Part shown: positions 1-10,765 of the stretch, one piece after another
Position numbering within the stretch: position 1 is the stretch's first letter
Layout: every line of letters begins with the position of its first letter
Source: Deltaproteobacteria bacterium
Lineage (GTDB): Bacteria > Desulfobacterota > Deferrimicrobia > Deferrimicrobiales > Deferrimicrobiaceae
Length of the DNA: 64,000 nucleotides
Assembly (NCBI GenBank): GCA_032125195.1
Contig: JAQBCN010000064.1
Coordinates: forward strand, 13,501-77,500
Direction: 5' to 3'
Made by a program: the position numbers and the translations under genes
Notes under the pieces: generated by a model
Databases searched by the model: none
What the model was told of the DNA's origin: nothing
Seen by the model: only the letters and a program-made list of their open reading frames with translations

Positions 1-1
1 C

Positions 2-292
2 CTCAAGCGGTTTACCGGTCTTGACCGGGGAGTCCGCGACTATGTCCTGGCGGGCCGCGCGTCGAAGGGGTTCCTGCGCCGCCTGTCGGATCTGTTGCTT
101 TTCCTCCTTCCCCTCTATAGAAAGGAAGGGAAGGCGTACTTCACGCTGGGCGTCGGCTGCACCGGCGGCAGGCATCGGTCCGTTGCGGTCGCGGAAGCGC
201 TCGGCGATATTCTCGGGAAGGGGAAGGAAGCGGCCGTCGTGCTCCACCGCGACCTGTCGCGCTCCTCCCTGCCCGCCAAGGGGATGAGATGA
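2..292 (+). CDS. rapZ: RapZ (RNase adapter / P-loop nucleotide-binding protein), C-terminal fragment; the 5' end lies outside the window
   Basis: The frame-2 translation reads LKRFTGLDRGVRDYVLAGRASKGFLRRLSDLLLFLLPLYRKEGKAYFTLGVGCTGGRHRSVAVAEALGDIL. The block GCTGG(R/Q)HRSV and the C-terminal region are characteristic of RapZ/YhbJ. The stop is at 290-292 and overlaps the next start. Confidence 0.8.
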   Translation, partial: LKRFTGLDRGVRDYVLAGRASKGFLRRLSDLLLFLLPLYRKEGKAYFTLGVGCTGGRHRSVAVAEALGDILGKGKEAAVVLHRDLSRSSLPAKGMR

Positions 293-711
293 TTGGAGCG
301 GTTGTCGTTTCCCACGGAGCTTTCGCCACGGAACTGGTGCGCGCCGCCGGGATCATCGTCGGAAGGATCGAGGGGGTTGTCGCCGTCGATATCTCCCCCG
401 ACATGAGCGTCGAGGCGATCCACGACGCGGTGGAGGGGGCTGTCCGCACGGTCGAGGACGCGGACGGCGTGCTGCTCCTCACCGACATGTTCGGCGGGAC
501 GCCCTCCAACATCGGCCTGTCGTTCCTCGGCACGCACCGCGTGGTGGTCCTGACCGGGGTGAACCTGCCGATGATGGTCAAGTTCCCCATGGCCCGGGAA
601 GGGATGTCGCTCGACGAACTCGCACGCCAGCTCCAGGAGTGCGGCCATCGCAGCATCATGATTCCGGGGGACATGCTGAAGAAGAAGGCCGAAAAGAAGC
701 CGGAGAAGTAA
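289..711 (+). CDS. PTS mannose/fructose/sorbose-family EIIA component
   Basis: 140 aa, MIGAVVVSHGAFATELVRAAGIIVG..., with the His-containing EIIA(Man) N-terminus (VSHG). ATGA overlap with the rapZ stop. Confidence 0.8.
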   Translation: MIGAVVVSHGAFATELVRAAGIIVGRIEGVVAVDISPDMSVEAIHDAVEGAVRTVEDADGVLLLTDMFGGTPSNIGLSFLGTHRVVVLTGVNLPMMVKFPMAREGMSLDELARQLQECGHRSIMIPGDMLKKKAEKKPEK

Positions 712-715
712 CGGG

Positions 716-1192
716 ATGCCCCTGGTGCTCGCCCGCATCGACTGCCGGCTGATCCACGGGCAGGTGGTGGAGACGTGGGTGCCCCACACGTCCGCCGATT
801 CCCTGATCGTCGCCAACGATGACCTGGCCGGGAACCCGTTCCTGCGTTCCGTGATGGAACTGGCGGTTCCCCCGGCGATCCGGGTCCATTTCTGTCGCCT
901 CGACGAGGCGATTCCCGTCCTCGCCGACGCCGACCGGAACGGGGAGCGGTCCATCCTGCTGGTCGCGAGCGCGGGGGACGCGGTGGCGCTCAGGAAGGCG
1001 GGGGCGGCGTTCAACCTCCTGAATATCGGAAATCTCCACTTCGCCGCGGGGAAAGTCGAGATCTCCCCGTCCGTGTTCTTCTCCCCGGAGGATTTCGACG
1101 CCCTCGGGTGGTTCCGCTCGCACGGCGTGACGGTCCTCGTCCAGGGTACACCGTTCGAGACGGGAACGTCGTTCGACGCAGAAAGGGAGTAG
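716..1192 (+). CDS. PTS mannose-family EIIB component
   Basis: 158 aa, MPLVLARIDCRLIHGQVV... (RIDxRLIHGQ is the EIIB-Man signature). 4-nt gap after the EIIA gene. Confidence 0.8.
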   Translation: MPLVLARIDCRLIHGQVVETWVPHTSADSLIVANDDLAGNPFLRSVMELAVPPAIRVHFCRLDEAIPVLADADRNGERSILLVASAGDAVALRKAGAAFNLLNIGNLHFAAGKVEISPSVFFSPEDFDALGWFRSHGVTVLVQGTPFETGTSFDAERE

Positions 1193-1194
1193 GG

Positions 1195-1893
1195 ATGGTC
1201 TGGCGGTTCCTCCTGGCGATCGTTCTCGGTGGGGTGTGCTACCTCGATCGGACGGCAGCGTGCCAGTTGATGCTCCACCGCCCCCTCGTGGTCGCCACGC
1301 TGATGGGGGCGATCTTCGGCAACATGGCCGCCGGCGCCCAGGTGGGGGTCGTGCTCGAACTGATCCACCTGGCCCGCCTTCCCGTAGGGGCGTCGATCCC
1401 TCCCGACGACACGGGTGCGGCCATTTTCGGCGGGTCGGCCGCCGCGGTCGCCTCCTCCTCGATCGGTCTTGACGCGGGGAGTCTCACCGCCCTCCTGTTG
1501 CTCTCCGTCGTCGTCGCGGAAGCGGGCAAAGCGGCGGACCGTCTCGTCCGGAAGGTCAACGTGCGGATCGCCCGCGTCACGGCGGAGTCGGTGGACCGGG
1601 GGGATATCCAGGCGGTGGAGCACGGGCTGCTCGCAGGCCTCACCCTGTTCGCCGTGACGGGGATGGTCCTTGCCCTCGTTTTCTCGGGGGCGGGCGTGAT
1701 GGTGGCGAAGGAGCTGCTCCCCCGGTTCGGCCCCGCCAGCCGGGGGAGCTTCGCGATCCTCCTGCCGGCGCTTCCGCTCCTGGGCGCCGCCTCGGTCTAC
1801 TCGTGCAGCCGCACGGAGCGGACCGCCGCCGTGTTCTTCCTGACGATGGCGGCCGTTTTCGGCAGCACCGTCCTGTTCCGGTGGTCGACATGA
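1195..1893 (+). CDS. PTS mannose-family EIIC component
   Basis: MVWRFLLAIVLGGVCYLDRTAACQLMLHRPLVVATLMGAIFG... is a polytopic membrane protein matching the EIIC-Man family. ATG is index 30 of ORF 1108..1893, 3 nt after the EIIB stop. Confidence 0.7.
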   Translation: MVWRFLLAIVLGGVCYLDRTAACQLMLHRPLVVATLMGAIFGNMAAGAQVGVVLELIHLARLPVGASIPPDDTGAAIFGGSAAAVASSSIGLDAGSLTALLLLSVVVAEAGKAADRLVRKVNVRIARVTAESVDRGDIQAVEHGLLAGLTLFAVTGMVLALVFSGAGVMVAKELLPRFGPASRGSFAILLPALPLLGAASVYSCSRTERTAAVFFLTMAAVFGSTVLFRWST

Positions 1894-2654
1894 CGCCGCC
1901 GGCGCTTGCGGTGCAGTCCCGGAACGCCGTCTGGCGGCGCCAGTTCCTCCTGCAGGGGTGCTGGAACTACGAGGGGATGCAGAACGTGGGATTCGCCTAC
2001 GCCATCCTTCCTGCATTGCGCGACTTCTACGCGAACCGCCCGGAGGAGGCGCTGAAGGCGGTGAAGCGGCACCTGGAGTTTTTCAACACCCAGCCGGCGA
2101 TGGGGGCTTTGATCCTCGGGGCGTCGGTCCGGCTCGAGGAACGTGTGGCGGCGGGGGAGTCGGATCCGCGGGCGATCGGTACGTTCAAGGTGGGGCTGAT
2201 GGGGTCGCTTGGGGCGATCGGGGATTCCTTCTTCTGGGGCGCCCTGCGGCCGATGGCCTCGGTGGCGGGGGCCCTCCTTGCGCTGCTCCATCCCCTTCTG
2301 GGGGTCGCCGCCATGCTGCTGTTATACAACGGAGTCCACCTGGTCGTTCGCCGGCGCGGTTTCGCCGCCGGCATGGAGGGGCCGGAGGCCGTGGTGGGTT
2401 GGCTCAAGCGGGCGGCGCTCAACGTTCGGACCGACGACCGCAAGCTGCTTGCGGCGATCCTCGCCGGGGCCTACGCCGGGGTCTTCGCCGGGCGTTTCTT
2501 CGTCCAGGGAGGGAGCGTTTTCCATATGCTGGCGTCGCTCCTTCTCGCCGCCGCCGCCGTGCACCTGTTCGCTGTCCTGTTCCGGAAGGCGGTCTCGCCG
2601 TCGGAGATCCTGTCGTTTCTTCTCTTCGTGGGGGTGCTGATCCTGTGGCGGTGA
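1890..2654 (+). CDS. PTS mannose-family EIID component
   Basis: MTPPALAVQSRNAVWRRQFLLQGCWNYEGMQNVGFAYAILP... matches EIID (ManZ-like). ATGA overlap with the EIIC stop. Confidence 0.75.
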   Translation: MTPPALAVQSRNAVWRRQFLLQGCWNYEGMQNVGFAYAILPALRDFYANRPEEALKAVKRHLEFFNTQPAMGALILGASVRLEERVAAGESDPRAIGTFKVGLMGSLGAIGDSFFWGALRPMASVAGALLALLHPLLGVAAMLLLYNGVHLVVRRRGFAAGMEGPEAVVGWLKRAALNVRTDDRKLLAAILAGAYAGVFAGRFFVQGGSVFHMLASLLLAAAAVHLFAVLFRKAVSPSEILSFLLFVGVLILWR

Positions 2655-2656
2655 GC

Positions 2657-2920
2657 GTGGAACGCGAGTTCGACATCCTGAACCGGCTCGGCCTGCACGC
2701 CCGCGCCGCCGCGCAGTTGGTGCGCATTGCAAACGCGTTCTCCTCGGAGATCTACGTCGTGAAGGACGGGATGGAGGTCAACGGGAAGAGCATCATGGGC
2801 GTGCTGATGCTGGCGGCGCCGAAGGACACCAGGGTCCTGATCCGCGCGATCGGGCCGGATGCGGAAGAGGCCGTGGCGGCGATCGGGGAACTGATCGAAC
2901 GGAAGTTCGGGGAGGAGTAG
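2657..2920 (+). CDS. ptsH: Phosphocarrier protein HPr
   Basis: The C-terminal 87-89 aa of ORF 1958..2920 read (VS)VEREFDILNRLGLHARAAAQLVRIANAFSSEIYVVKDGMEVNGKSIMGVLMLAAPKD..., which is the HPr fold with the His15 region (GLHARAA). GTG start at 2651 or 2657, overlapping the EIID stop. Confidence 0.85.
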   Translation: MEREFDILNRLGLHARAAAQLVRIANAFSSEIYVVKDGMEVNGKSIMGVLMLAAPKDTRVLIRAIGPDAEEAVAAIGELIERKFGEE

Positions 2921-2925
2921 GAGAG

Positions 2926-4686
2926 GTGACGGAAGGCCGCGTGAAGATGCGGGTCCTCAAGGGGATCCCGGCTTCGGGAGGGGTCGCGATCGGGAAGGGG
3001 TTCTTCCTGAATCGCGTCCTCCCGCGGTCGGTCCGCTCGACGGTGGGCCGCGATCAGGTGGACGAGGAGGTCGCCTCCTTCCAGCGGGCGGTGGCCCGCT
3101 CCCGGGACGAGCTTCTCCACATCCGGGACGGCGTGGCGGACCCCTCTTCCGAGCACCACCAGATCCTCTCGGTCCACCTGGCCCTCCTCGAAGACTCGAT
3201 GCTCGTCGAGCAGACGGTCCGGACGATTCGCGATAATCAGTTCGCCGCGGACTGGGCGTTCAACAAGGTGCTCCATAATCTCCTGGAGACGTTCCACCGG
3301 ATCGAGGACCCGTACCTGCGGGAGCGTGGACACGACCTGCGCCAGATCGGGCACCGGGTCCTCGAAAACCTCGCCGGCCGCGCCGTGGATTCGGTCGCCG
3401 CGATCCGTGACCCGGTGATCATCGTGGCCCACGATCTCTCCCCCGCGGACACCGCCCAGATCCTGAAGAGCCCCGTGCTCGGTTTCGCCACCGACGTGGG
3501 AAGCCGGACGTCCCACACCGCGATCACGGCGCGCTCCCTGGGAATCCCGGCGGTCGTCGGGGTCGAGGGGGCGACGGAGGAGTACAGGTTCGCGGAGACG
3601 GTGATCGTCGACGGCGAGGAAGGGGTGGTCGTCTTCGACCCGACGGAGGAGACGCTCCGGGAGTACCAGGCGCGGCGGAAGGCCTACGCGCAGCGGACCC
3701 GCGACCTGGCGAAGTTCGCGCGGCTGCCGGCGGTAACGCGTGACGGGAAGACGCTGCTGCTCCTCGCGAACATCGAGTTTCCCGAGGAGGCGGACGTCGC
3801 GCTGCGCAGCGGCGCCGACGGGGTGGGGCTCTACCGCACGGAGTTCCTCTTCCTCAACCGGAAGGATATCCCTTCCGAGGAGGAGCAATTCGAGACGTAC
3901 CGGAAGGTGGCGGAGAAGTTCGTGCGCCACCCGGTCACGATCCGCACCCTCGACCTCGGCGGCGACAAGTTCGCGTCCCAGCTCGAGCTCGCCGACGAGA
4001 TGAACCCGGCCATGGGGCTGCGTGCGATCCGGTTCTGCCTGAAGGAAAAGGAGATTTTCAAGCCCCAGCTCCGTGCGATCCTCCGCTCCTCGACGTACGG
4101 GAACGTTCGGATGATGTTTCCGATGATCTCCGGGGTCGGGGAGCTTCGGGAGGCGATGGCCGTGGTCGAGGAGGTGCGGGGGGAGCTTCGTCGCCGGCGG
4201 ATCCCCTATGACAAGGAGATGCCCATCGGGATCATGATCGAGATCCCCGCCGCGGCGATCGTGGCCGACCTGCTCGCGCGGGAGGTCGGATTCTTCAGCA
4301 TCGGGACGAACGACCTGATCCAGTACTCGCTGGCGATCGACCGGGTCAACGAGCACGTATCCTATCTTTACGAGCCGCTTCACCCGGCGATCCTCCGGAT
4401 GATCCGGCGGGTCGTGGAGGCGGGGCACGACGCCGGAATCCCGGTGTCGATGTGCGGTGAGATGGCCGGGGAGCCGATCTACTCCTATGCGCTCCTTGGT
4501 CTCGGGCTGGACGAGCTCAGCATGAGCGCCGCCGCGATTCCGCGGGTGAAGCGGATCCTCCGGAAATCGGTGGCATACGAGGCCAAGGAGTTCGCGGGTT
4601 CGCTGCTTCTGCACACGACCGCGGACGAGATCGGCCGGGTGCTTCGCAAAAAGGTCGAGGGCCTGTTCCCCGACGAGCGTTTTTAG
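2926..4686 (+). CDS. ptsI: Phosphoenolpyruvate-protein phosphotransferase (PTS Enzyme I)
   Basis: 586 aa, ...[17 protein letters not shown]..., GLYRTEFLF, and the PEP-utilisers C-terminal domain. GTG at 2926; alternative ATG at 2947. Confidence 0.9.
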   Translation: MTEGRVKMRVLKGIPASGGVAIGKGFFLNRVLPRSVRSTVGRDQVDEEVASFQRAVARSRDELLHIRDGVADPSSEHHQILSVHLALLEDSMLVEQTVRTIRDNQFAADWAFNKVLHNLLETFHRIEDPYLRERGHDLRQIGHRVLENLAGRAVDSVAAIRDPVIIVAHDLSPADTAQILKSPVLGFATDVGSRTSHTAITARSLGIPAVVGVEGATEEYRFAETVIVDGEEGVVVFDPTEETLREYQARRKAYAQRTRDLAKFARLPAVTRDGKTLLLLANIEFPEEADVALRSGADGVGLYRTEFLFLNRKDIPSEEEQFETYRKVAEKFVRHPVTIRTLDLGGDKFASQLELADEMNPAMGLRAIRFCLKEKEIFKPQLRAILRSSTYGNVRMMFPMISGVGELREAMAVVEEVRGELRRRRIPYDKEMPIGIMIEIPAAAIVADLLAREVGFFSIGTNDLIQYSLAIDRVNEHVSYLYEPLHPAILRMIRRVVEAGHDAGIPVSMCGEMAGEPIYSYALLGLGLDELSMSAAAIPRVKRILRKSVAYEAKEFAGSLLLHTTADEIGRVLRKKVEGLFPDERF

Positions 4687-4736
4687 AATATACTTCACCG
4701 CTTCGAATCCATTTTCGCGGTGCAGGAGAAACGGGC

Positions 4737-5900
4737 ATGGGCGAATTCCTCTTTACGTCCGAATCGGTGACGGGTGGACACCCCGACAAGGTCGCGGACC
4801 AGATCTCCGACGCGGTGCTGGACGATATCCTCCGCCAGGATCCCCGCGGGCGGGTGGCGTGCGAGACGATGGTGACGACCGGGCTGGTCGTGGTGGCCGG
4901 GGAGATCACCACGAAGGCGGTTGTCGATTTTCCGGAAGTGGTCCGAAAGGCGGTCGCCGATATCGGGTACACGGGGAACTCGAAGGGGTTCGACGCCCAC
5001 AACTGCGCCGTGGTCGTTGCGATCGACCGCCAGTCCGCAGACATCGCCCAGGGGGTCGACCGGGGCGCCGAGGAGAAGCAGGGAGCCGGCGACCAGGGGA
5101 TGATGTTCGGGTTCGCCTGCGACGAGACGAGGGAGTTGATGCCGATGCCGATCTCCTTCGCCCACAAGATCTGCGCGCGGCTCACCGAGGCACGGGAAAA
5201 GAAGGTGCTCCCGTGGTTGCGACCCGACGGAAAGAGCCAGGTGACGGTGCGCTACGTGGACGGCGTCCCGCGCGAGGTTACCGCCATCGTCTGCTCGACC
5301 CAGCACGCCGAGGAGGTGGGGCGGAAGACCCTCGCCGAAGGGGTCCTGGAGGAGGTCGTCCGGAAGGCGGTGCCGAGGGACATGTTGTCGAAGAAGGTGA
5401 AGTTCTATATCAACCCGACAGGGCGGTTCGTCGTCGGGGGACCTCACGGCGACGCGGGGCTGACCGGGCGCAAGATCATCGTCGACACGTACGGGGGGTA
5501 CAGCCGCCACGGCGGCGGGGCGTTCTCCGGGAAGGATCCTTCCAAGGTCGATCGGAGCGCGGCGTACATGGCCCGGTACGTGGCCAAGAACGTGGTCGCC
5601 GCGGGTCTCGCCCGCAAGTGCGAGGTGCAGCTCGCTTACGCCATCGGCGTCGCCGAGCCGGTGTCGGTCCTGGTGGAAACCTTCGGCACGGCGAACGTTC
5701 CGGAGGAGCGGATCGGGCGCGCGGTGAGGGACACATTCGACCTGCGGCCCGCACGGATCATCCGGGAGCTGAACCTGCTGCGCCCCATCTACCGGAAGAC
5801 GGCCGCCCTCGGTCACTTCGGGCGCGAGCTTCCCGAGTTCACCTGGGAGAAGACCGACAAGGTCCGCGCGCTGCGCAAGGCGGCCGGCCACGGGGGGTAA
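4737..5900 (+). CDS. metK: S-adenosylmethionine synthetase
   Basis: [29 protein letters not shown]... is a near-consensus MetK N-terminus. AGGAGA Shine-Dalgarno 8 nt upstream. Confidence 0.95.
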   Translation: MGEFLFTSESVTGGHPDKVADQISDAVLDDILRQDPRGRVACETMVTTGLVVVAGEITTKAVVDFPEVVRKAVADIGYTGNSKGFDAHNCAVVVAIDRQSADIAQGVDRGAEEKQGAGDQGMMFGFACDETRELMPMPISFAHKICARLTEAREKKVLPWLRPDGKSQVTVRYVDGVPREVTAIVCSTQHAEEVGRKTLAEGVLEEVVRKAVPRDMLSKKVKFYINPTGRFVVGGPHGDAGLTGRKIIVDTYGGYSRHGGGAFSGKDPSKVDRSAAYMARYVAKNVVAAGLARKCEVQLAYAIGVAEPVSVLVETFGTANVPEERIGRAVRDTFDLRPARIIRELNLLRPIYRKTAALGHFGRELPEFTWEKTDKVRALRKAAGHGG

Positions 5901-6040
5901 CGGCATGGGCAAGGGACACTCCTTCCCTTTGGCCCGGGCTTGAACCAGGAATGTCCCCTGAAAGCGCCTGCACCTTACAGGGATCTTTTCTGCCGTACCA
6001 TTCGCCGCAAAGATCCATCGGTGGCTGGTGTCGGGGGTGA

Positions 6041-7342
<1,302 letters not shown>

Positions 7343-7365
7343 GCGTCAGGGTTGAGCGTTGGGCG

Positions 7366-8442
7366 CTACCGGTTCACGCCGCGGAACAGCGCGGCCCCGG
7401 AGCCGGCGAAGAGGACCCCGGGGAGCCACGCGGCCAGCAGGGCCGGGAGCACCCCCTTTCTGCCCAGCGAGAGGGACGCGGACAGGACGACCCAGCAGGC
7501 GAACCCGATCAGGAGTCCGAGTCCGATGCTGCGCCAGACGCCGCCCGACCGGGGCGAGCGCAGTGCGAAGGGGATCGCCAGCATGCTGATGAGGATGTTC
7601 AGCAGGGGGTAGGCGATCTTCGCGTGCATGTCGGTTTCGTATCCTCTCGCCTCGTACCCTTTCCGCCGCAATTCCCCGACATACCCGGAGAGCTGGGCGT
7701 AGGTCATCTCCTCTGGAGGGGTTTCCCCCTCGATGAATCCGTCCATCGTTTCCGGGAACCGGTACGTCCGGAGGGGAAACGCCTCCACCGACGGCGTTTC
7801 CCCGAAGATCCGCTCCCTTCCTTCCGCAAGCTCCCACGCGCCATCGGAAAGGAGACGGGCGTTCCTGGACTCGATCCTGCGCAGCGGGCGGAAATCCCGG
7901 TCCACCTCGATGTACTGGAACCCCCGCAGCGACCGGGACGGACCGTCCACCACCTGGGCGGAGAGGATCCCGCGCTCGCCGCGCATCCAGTACCGGTTCC
8001 CCGAGAACTGCGCCGCCACCTTTCCAGGCCGCACGCGGAGCCGCTCGATCTCCCGGGCGTGCCGGTTCGCGGCCGGCGCCAGCACCTCGGAACAGAGCAG
8101 CGACAGGGCCGACACCAGGGCGCACCCGACGAGGATCGGCGCGCAGACCCGGAGAACGCTCACCCCGCTGGAGAAGATCGCCGTCAGCTCGTTCGAGCGC
8201 ACGCGCAGGGAGACGGCGACCAGCACGGCCAGCATCGTACCGACCGGGGAGATCAGCACGAAGATGCCCGGAACCCGGGTGAGGTAGTACCACCCGATTT
8301 CCCGGAGGTCCGCGTTGTGCCGCAGCAATTTCTCGGCGTGGTCGACGAAGTCGATCAGCAGGAACAGGAGGAGGAAGCCGAGGATGCAGGCGGCCGCGGC
8401 GCGGAAAAACTCCCGGAAGAGGTAGCGCCAGAGGACGGTCAT
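7366..8442 (-). CDS. lptG: LPS export ABC permease, LptF/LptG (YjgP/YjgQ) family; second gene of the pair
   Basis: The C-terminal 358 aa of minus ORF 7366..9585 begin MTVLWRYLFREFFRAAAACILGFLLLFLLIDF..., the typical YjgP/YjgQ N-terminus. ATGA overlap with the upstream lptF-like gene. Confidence 0.75.
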   Translation of the reverse strand: MTVLWRYLFREFFRAAAACILGFLLLFLLIDFVDHAEKLLRHNADLREIGWYYLTRVPGIFVLISPVGTMLAVLVAVSLRVRSNELTAIFSSGVSVLRVCAPILVGCALVSALSLLCSEVLAPAANRHAREIERLRVRPGKVAAQFSGNRYWMRGERGILSAQVVDGPSRSLRGFQYIEVDRDFRPLRRIESRNARLLSDGAWELAEGRERIFGETPSVEAFPLRTYRFPETMDGFIEGETPPEEMTYAQLSGYVGELRRKGYEARGYETDMHAKIAYPLLNILISMLAIPFALRSPRSGGVWRSIGLGLLIGFACWVVLSASLSLGRKGVLPALLAAWLPGVLFAGSGAALFRGVNR

Positions 8443-9572
8443 TTGCGGTGCCGATTCCTGGCGAAGATATCGGGGAAGAGGGTCACACGGTTCTCCGACC
8501 GCCAGAGGATCCACGCGGCGATGGAGAGCCCGAGGGCGTTTGGCGCCCAGAGGAGGGCGATCATCCCGGGACCGGAGCGCCTCTCCACCACTCCCGCCGC
8601 GGCGACGAACAGGTAGTAGAACAGGAACATGGCGACGCTGATCCCGACCGCGGACGATTTCCCGCGGGATCGCAGGGAGAATCCGAGCGGGATCGCGAGC
8701 AGACCGAAGGAAAGGCAGCTTACGGCGAGGGAGAGCCTCCGGTGAAAATGGTACCGATAGGTGGCGTTCGCCCCTCTGCCCCCGGTCGCGTCGATCTTGC
8801 GTGACAGTTCGGGGAGGGACATCCCTTTCGGGTCGTTTCTTCCGTGGAAGGAGGAGGTCCCGAGGGGGATCCGGAACGTCATCCGCCCGAAGGAGGCGAC
8901 GCGGTACACCGGTTTTCCCGTAGGCTCGCCGTGGATGGTTCCGTCGGACAACTCCAGACTGACCACCGCGTCGCCGGTGGCGGGTACGAAGCGTCCCTCG
9001 CGCGCGAACACGAGAAGCGGATCGTCTCCCGTCGGACGGAAGGAGAGAAAGACCCCGGACATCTGCTGCCCGTCCAGGGAGACCCGGTCGGGATACACGA
9101 GGACATCGGGCGTGATCTCGCGAAAGACGTGTCCGGAGGCGCCGGCGCCGGCGCGCTCGGAGACGATTCGGGCGAGGACCCGCTGCGTCTCGTTGTACCC
9201 CCAGGGGACCCCGTACCATCCGGTGAACAGTACCGCGGAGCAGGCGATGACGCTGGCGACCAGCACGGGGAGGGCGACTCCACGCATTCCGATCCCGGCG
9301 GCGGAGAGCGCCGTTAGCTCCGAATCCGCGGCGAGCCGCCCCAGGCCGAGCAGGGTTGCGAGGAGCAGGGAGGCGGGAAGGGTGATTTCGAAGAACGGGG
9401 GGATGAGGGAGAGGAGGAGACGCCCGACAAGGGACGTCGGCACCCCCCTCGCGATCACCAGGTCCGCGAGGCGGGAGAATTGCTGCAGGAGGACGATGAC
9501 GGTGAAGCTTCCCACCCCGACCAGGAACGGGCCGGTCATTTCGCCGAGCACATATTTCCGTGTGATTCCCAT
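8439..9572 (-). CDS. lptF: LPS export ABC permease, LptF/LptG (YjgP/YjgQ) family; first gene of the pair
   Basis: 377 aa, MGITRKYVLGEMTGPFLVGVGSFTVIVLL..., with six predicted TM segments and a periplasmic beta-jellyroll region. Confidence 0.75.
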   Translation of the reverse strand: MGITRKYVLGEMTGPFLVGVGSFTVIVLLQQFSRLADLVIARGVPTSLVGRLLLSLIPPFFEITLPASLLLATLLGLGRLAADSELTALSAAGIGMRGVALPVLVASVIACSAVLFTGWYGVPWGYNETQRVLARIVSERAGAGASGHVFREITPDVLVYPDRVSLDGQQMSGVFLSFRPTGDDPLLVFAREGRFVPATGDAVVSLELSDGTIHGEPTGKPVYRVASFGRMTFRIPLGTSSFHGRNDPKGMSLPELSRKIDATGGRGANATYRYHFHRRLSLAVSCLSFGLLAIPLGFSLRSRGKSSAVGISVAMFLFYYLFVAAAGVVERRSGPGMIALLWAPNALGLSIAAWILWRSENRVTLFPDIFARNRHRK

Positions 9573-9596
9573 CGTGTAGTATCATACGCTATCATT

Positions 9597-10532
9597 ATGG
9601 AAGTCATAGAGGGATCCGGGAACTTCTCCCTGCCCGGGGGGACTTCCCTGACGATCGGGAATTTCGACGGGGTGCACCTTGGCCATCGGGAGCTCCTGCG
9701 GCGAACCGTGGCGCATGCGAGGGATCTGCGTTTCCATGCCGTCGCGCTCACGTTCACGCCGCACCCGGTCCGGTTCTTCACACCCAGGGCGCGGTTCTAC
9801 GAGATCACCACATTGGGTGAAAAGGCGTCCAGGATGGAGAAGCTCGGGATCGATCTCCTGGTCGTCGAATCGTTCACCGGGGCGATCGGGGGGATGGAAG
9901 CGGAAGAGTTCGCCCGGACGGTCGTCCATGAGCGTCTGGGCGCCCGTTTCGTCACCGTGGGATACGACTTCACTTTCGGAAGGGACCGGACGGGGTCTCC
10001 CGGGATGCTTCTCCGGATCGGGCGCGGGCTGGGATTCGAGGTGGATGTCGTCCCGCCGCTCATGCGCGGGGGGGCGATCGTGAGCTCCAGCCGTATCCGG
10101 GAACTCCTGCTGTCGGGACGGGTTCGGGAGGCCGAGGAACTGCTCTGTCGCCCGTATGCGGTGTCCGGCAAGGTGATCCCCGGCGCCGCCCGGGGCCGAA
10201 AGCTCGGGTTTCCGACGGCAAACGTCGAGTTCGTGCAGGAGCTCCTCCCGCTGCCGGGAGTGTATGTCATCGACGCCACCGTAGGGGGTGTCGTGCGGAG
10301 AGGGGTGGCCAACGTCGGGTTCAACCCGACCTTCGGGGAGAACTCCCTCGGGGTGGAGGCGCACCTCTTCGACTTCGCGGGCGATCTCTACGGGCAGGAT
10401 ATGACGGTGTATTTCCGGGACCGCATACGTGACGAGCGGAAGTTCAAGAGCGTGGAGGAACTGGTGCGCCAGATCCGGAAAGATGTCGGGTATGCGCGAT
10501 CCGCGAGGCTGACGAATTGCTCCGATTCATAA
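9597..10532 (+). CDS. ribF: Bifunctional riboflavin kinase / FMN adenylyltransferase
   Basis: MEVIEGSGNFSLPGGTSLTIGNFDGVHLGHRELLRR... (FMN-adenylyltransferase motifs GNFDGVHxGH), with a C-terminal riboflavin kinase domain. Divergent from lptF across a 24-bp AT-rich gap. Confidence 0.9.
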   Translation: MEVIEGSGNFSLPGGTSLTIGNFDGVHLGHRELLRRTVAHARDLRFHAVALTFTPHPVRFFTPRARFYEITTLGEKASRMEKLGIDLLVVESFTGAIGGMEAEEFARTVVHERLGARFVTVGYDFTFGRDRTGSPGMLLRIGRGLGFEVDVVPPLMRGGAIVSSSRIRELLLSGRVREAEELLCRPYAVSGKVIPGAARGRKLGFPTANVEFVQELLPLPGVYVIDATVGGVVRRGVANVGFNPTFGENSLGVEAHLFDFAGDLYGQDMTVYFRDRIRDERKFKSVEELVRQIRKDVGYARSARLTNCSDS

Positions 10533-10596
10533 ATACGGCTGCGCCGCCTCGGAGGGGGACTCCGTTCGTGGCTCGCCGTGCGATGAATCTGCACGG

Positions 10597-10670
10597 CTGT
10601 GCCCCCCGTTTTCCTGCTTCGGGGGTACCCCAGGGAGCGCATTTCGTACGGGAGTGGGGCGCCCCCCTCC
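10597..10670 (+). repeat. GC-rich ~72-bp intergenic repeat, copy A. It contains two 10-bp palindromes, GGGGTACCCC and GGGGCGCCCC
   Basis: TGTGCCCCCCGTTTTCCTGCTTCGGGGGTACCCCAGGGAGCGCATTTCGTACGGGAGTGGGGCGCCCCCCTCC. It is about 90% identical to the reverse-complemented sequence at 24781-24857. Confidence 0.7.
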
Positions 10671-10696
10671 TGCGGCGACTCCGCCGGGCCCTCCCG

Positions 10697-10765
10697 TTGT
10701 GCCCCCCGTTTTTCCTACTGCGGGGGTACCCCAGCAGCGCGAAGCTCGTACTGGGGCGTGCGCCG
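10697..10765 (+). repeat. Copy B of the same repeat family. The first ~40 bp are conserved and the 3' half has diverged
   Basis: TTGTGCCCCCCGTTTTTCCTACTGCGGGGGTACCCCAGCAGCGCGAAGCTCGTACTGGGGCGTGCGCC, about 30 bp downstream of copy A. Confidence 0.6.

Noticed and set aside
115-2016. 633-aa minus-strand ORF spanning the PTS genes
   Set aside because: It is antisense to four well-supported + strand genes. Its product is Arg/Gly/Pro-rich and low-complexity (…RRRIPRSASPRSSSTPAGGTGAARRRSG…), the typical GC-rich antisense artefact. No recognisable motifs.
2752-4698. 648-aa minus-strand ORF
   Set aside because: It is antisense to ptsI, whose + strand reading has unmistakable Enzyme I motifs. Its composition is R/P/D/H-biased.
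4687-4736. SAM riboswitch upstream of metK
   Set aside because: The spacer is only about 50 nt, too short for any SAM aptamer class.
10583-10696. ATG 10583 as the htrA start, treating the repeat as coding sequence
   Set aside because: It would place about 60 residues of repeat-derived sequence before the signal peptide, which is incompatible with Sec or lipoprotein signal function. I kept it only as an alternative.
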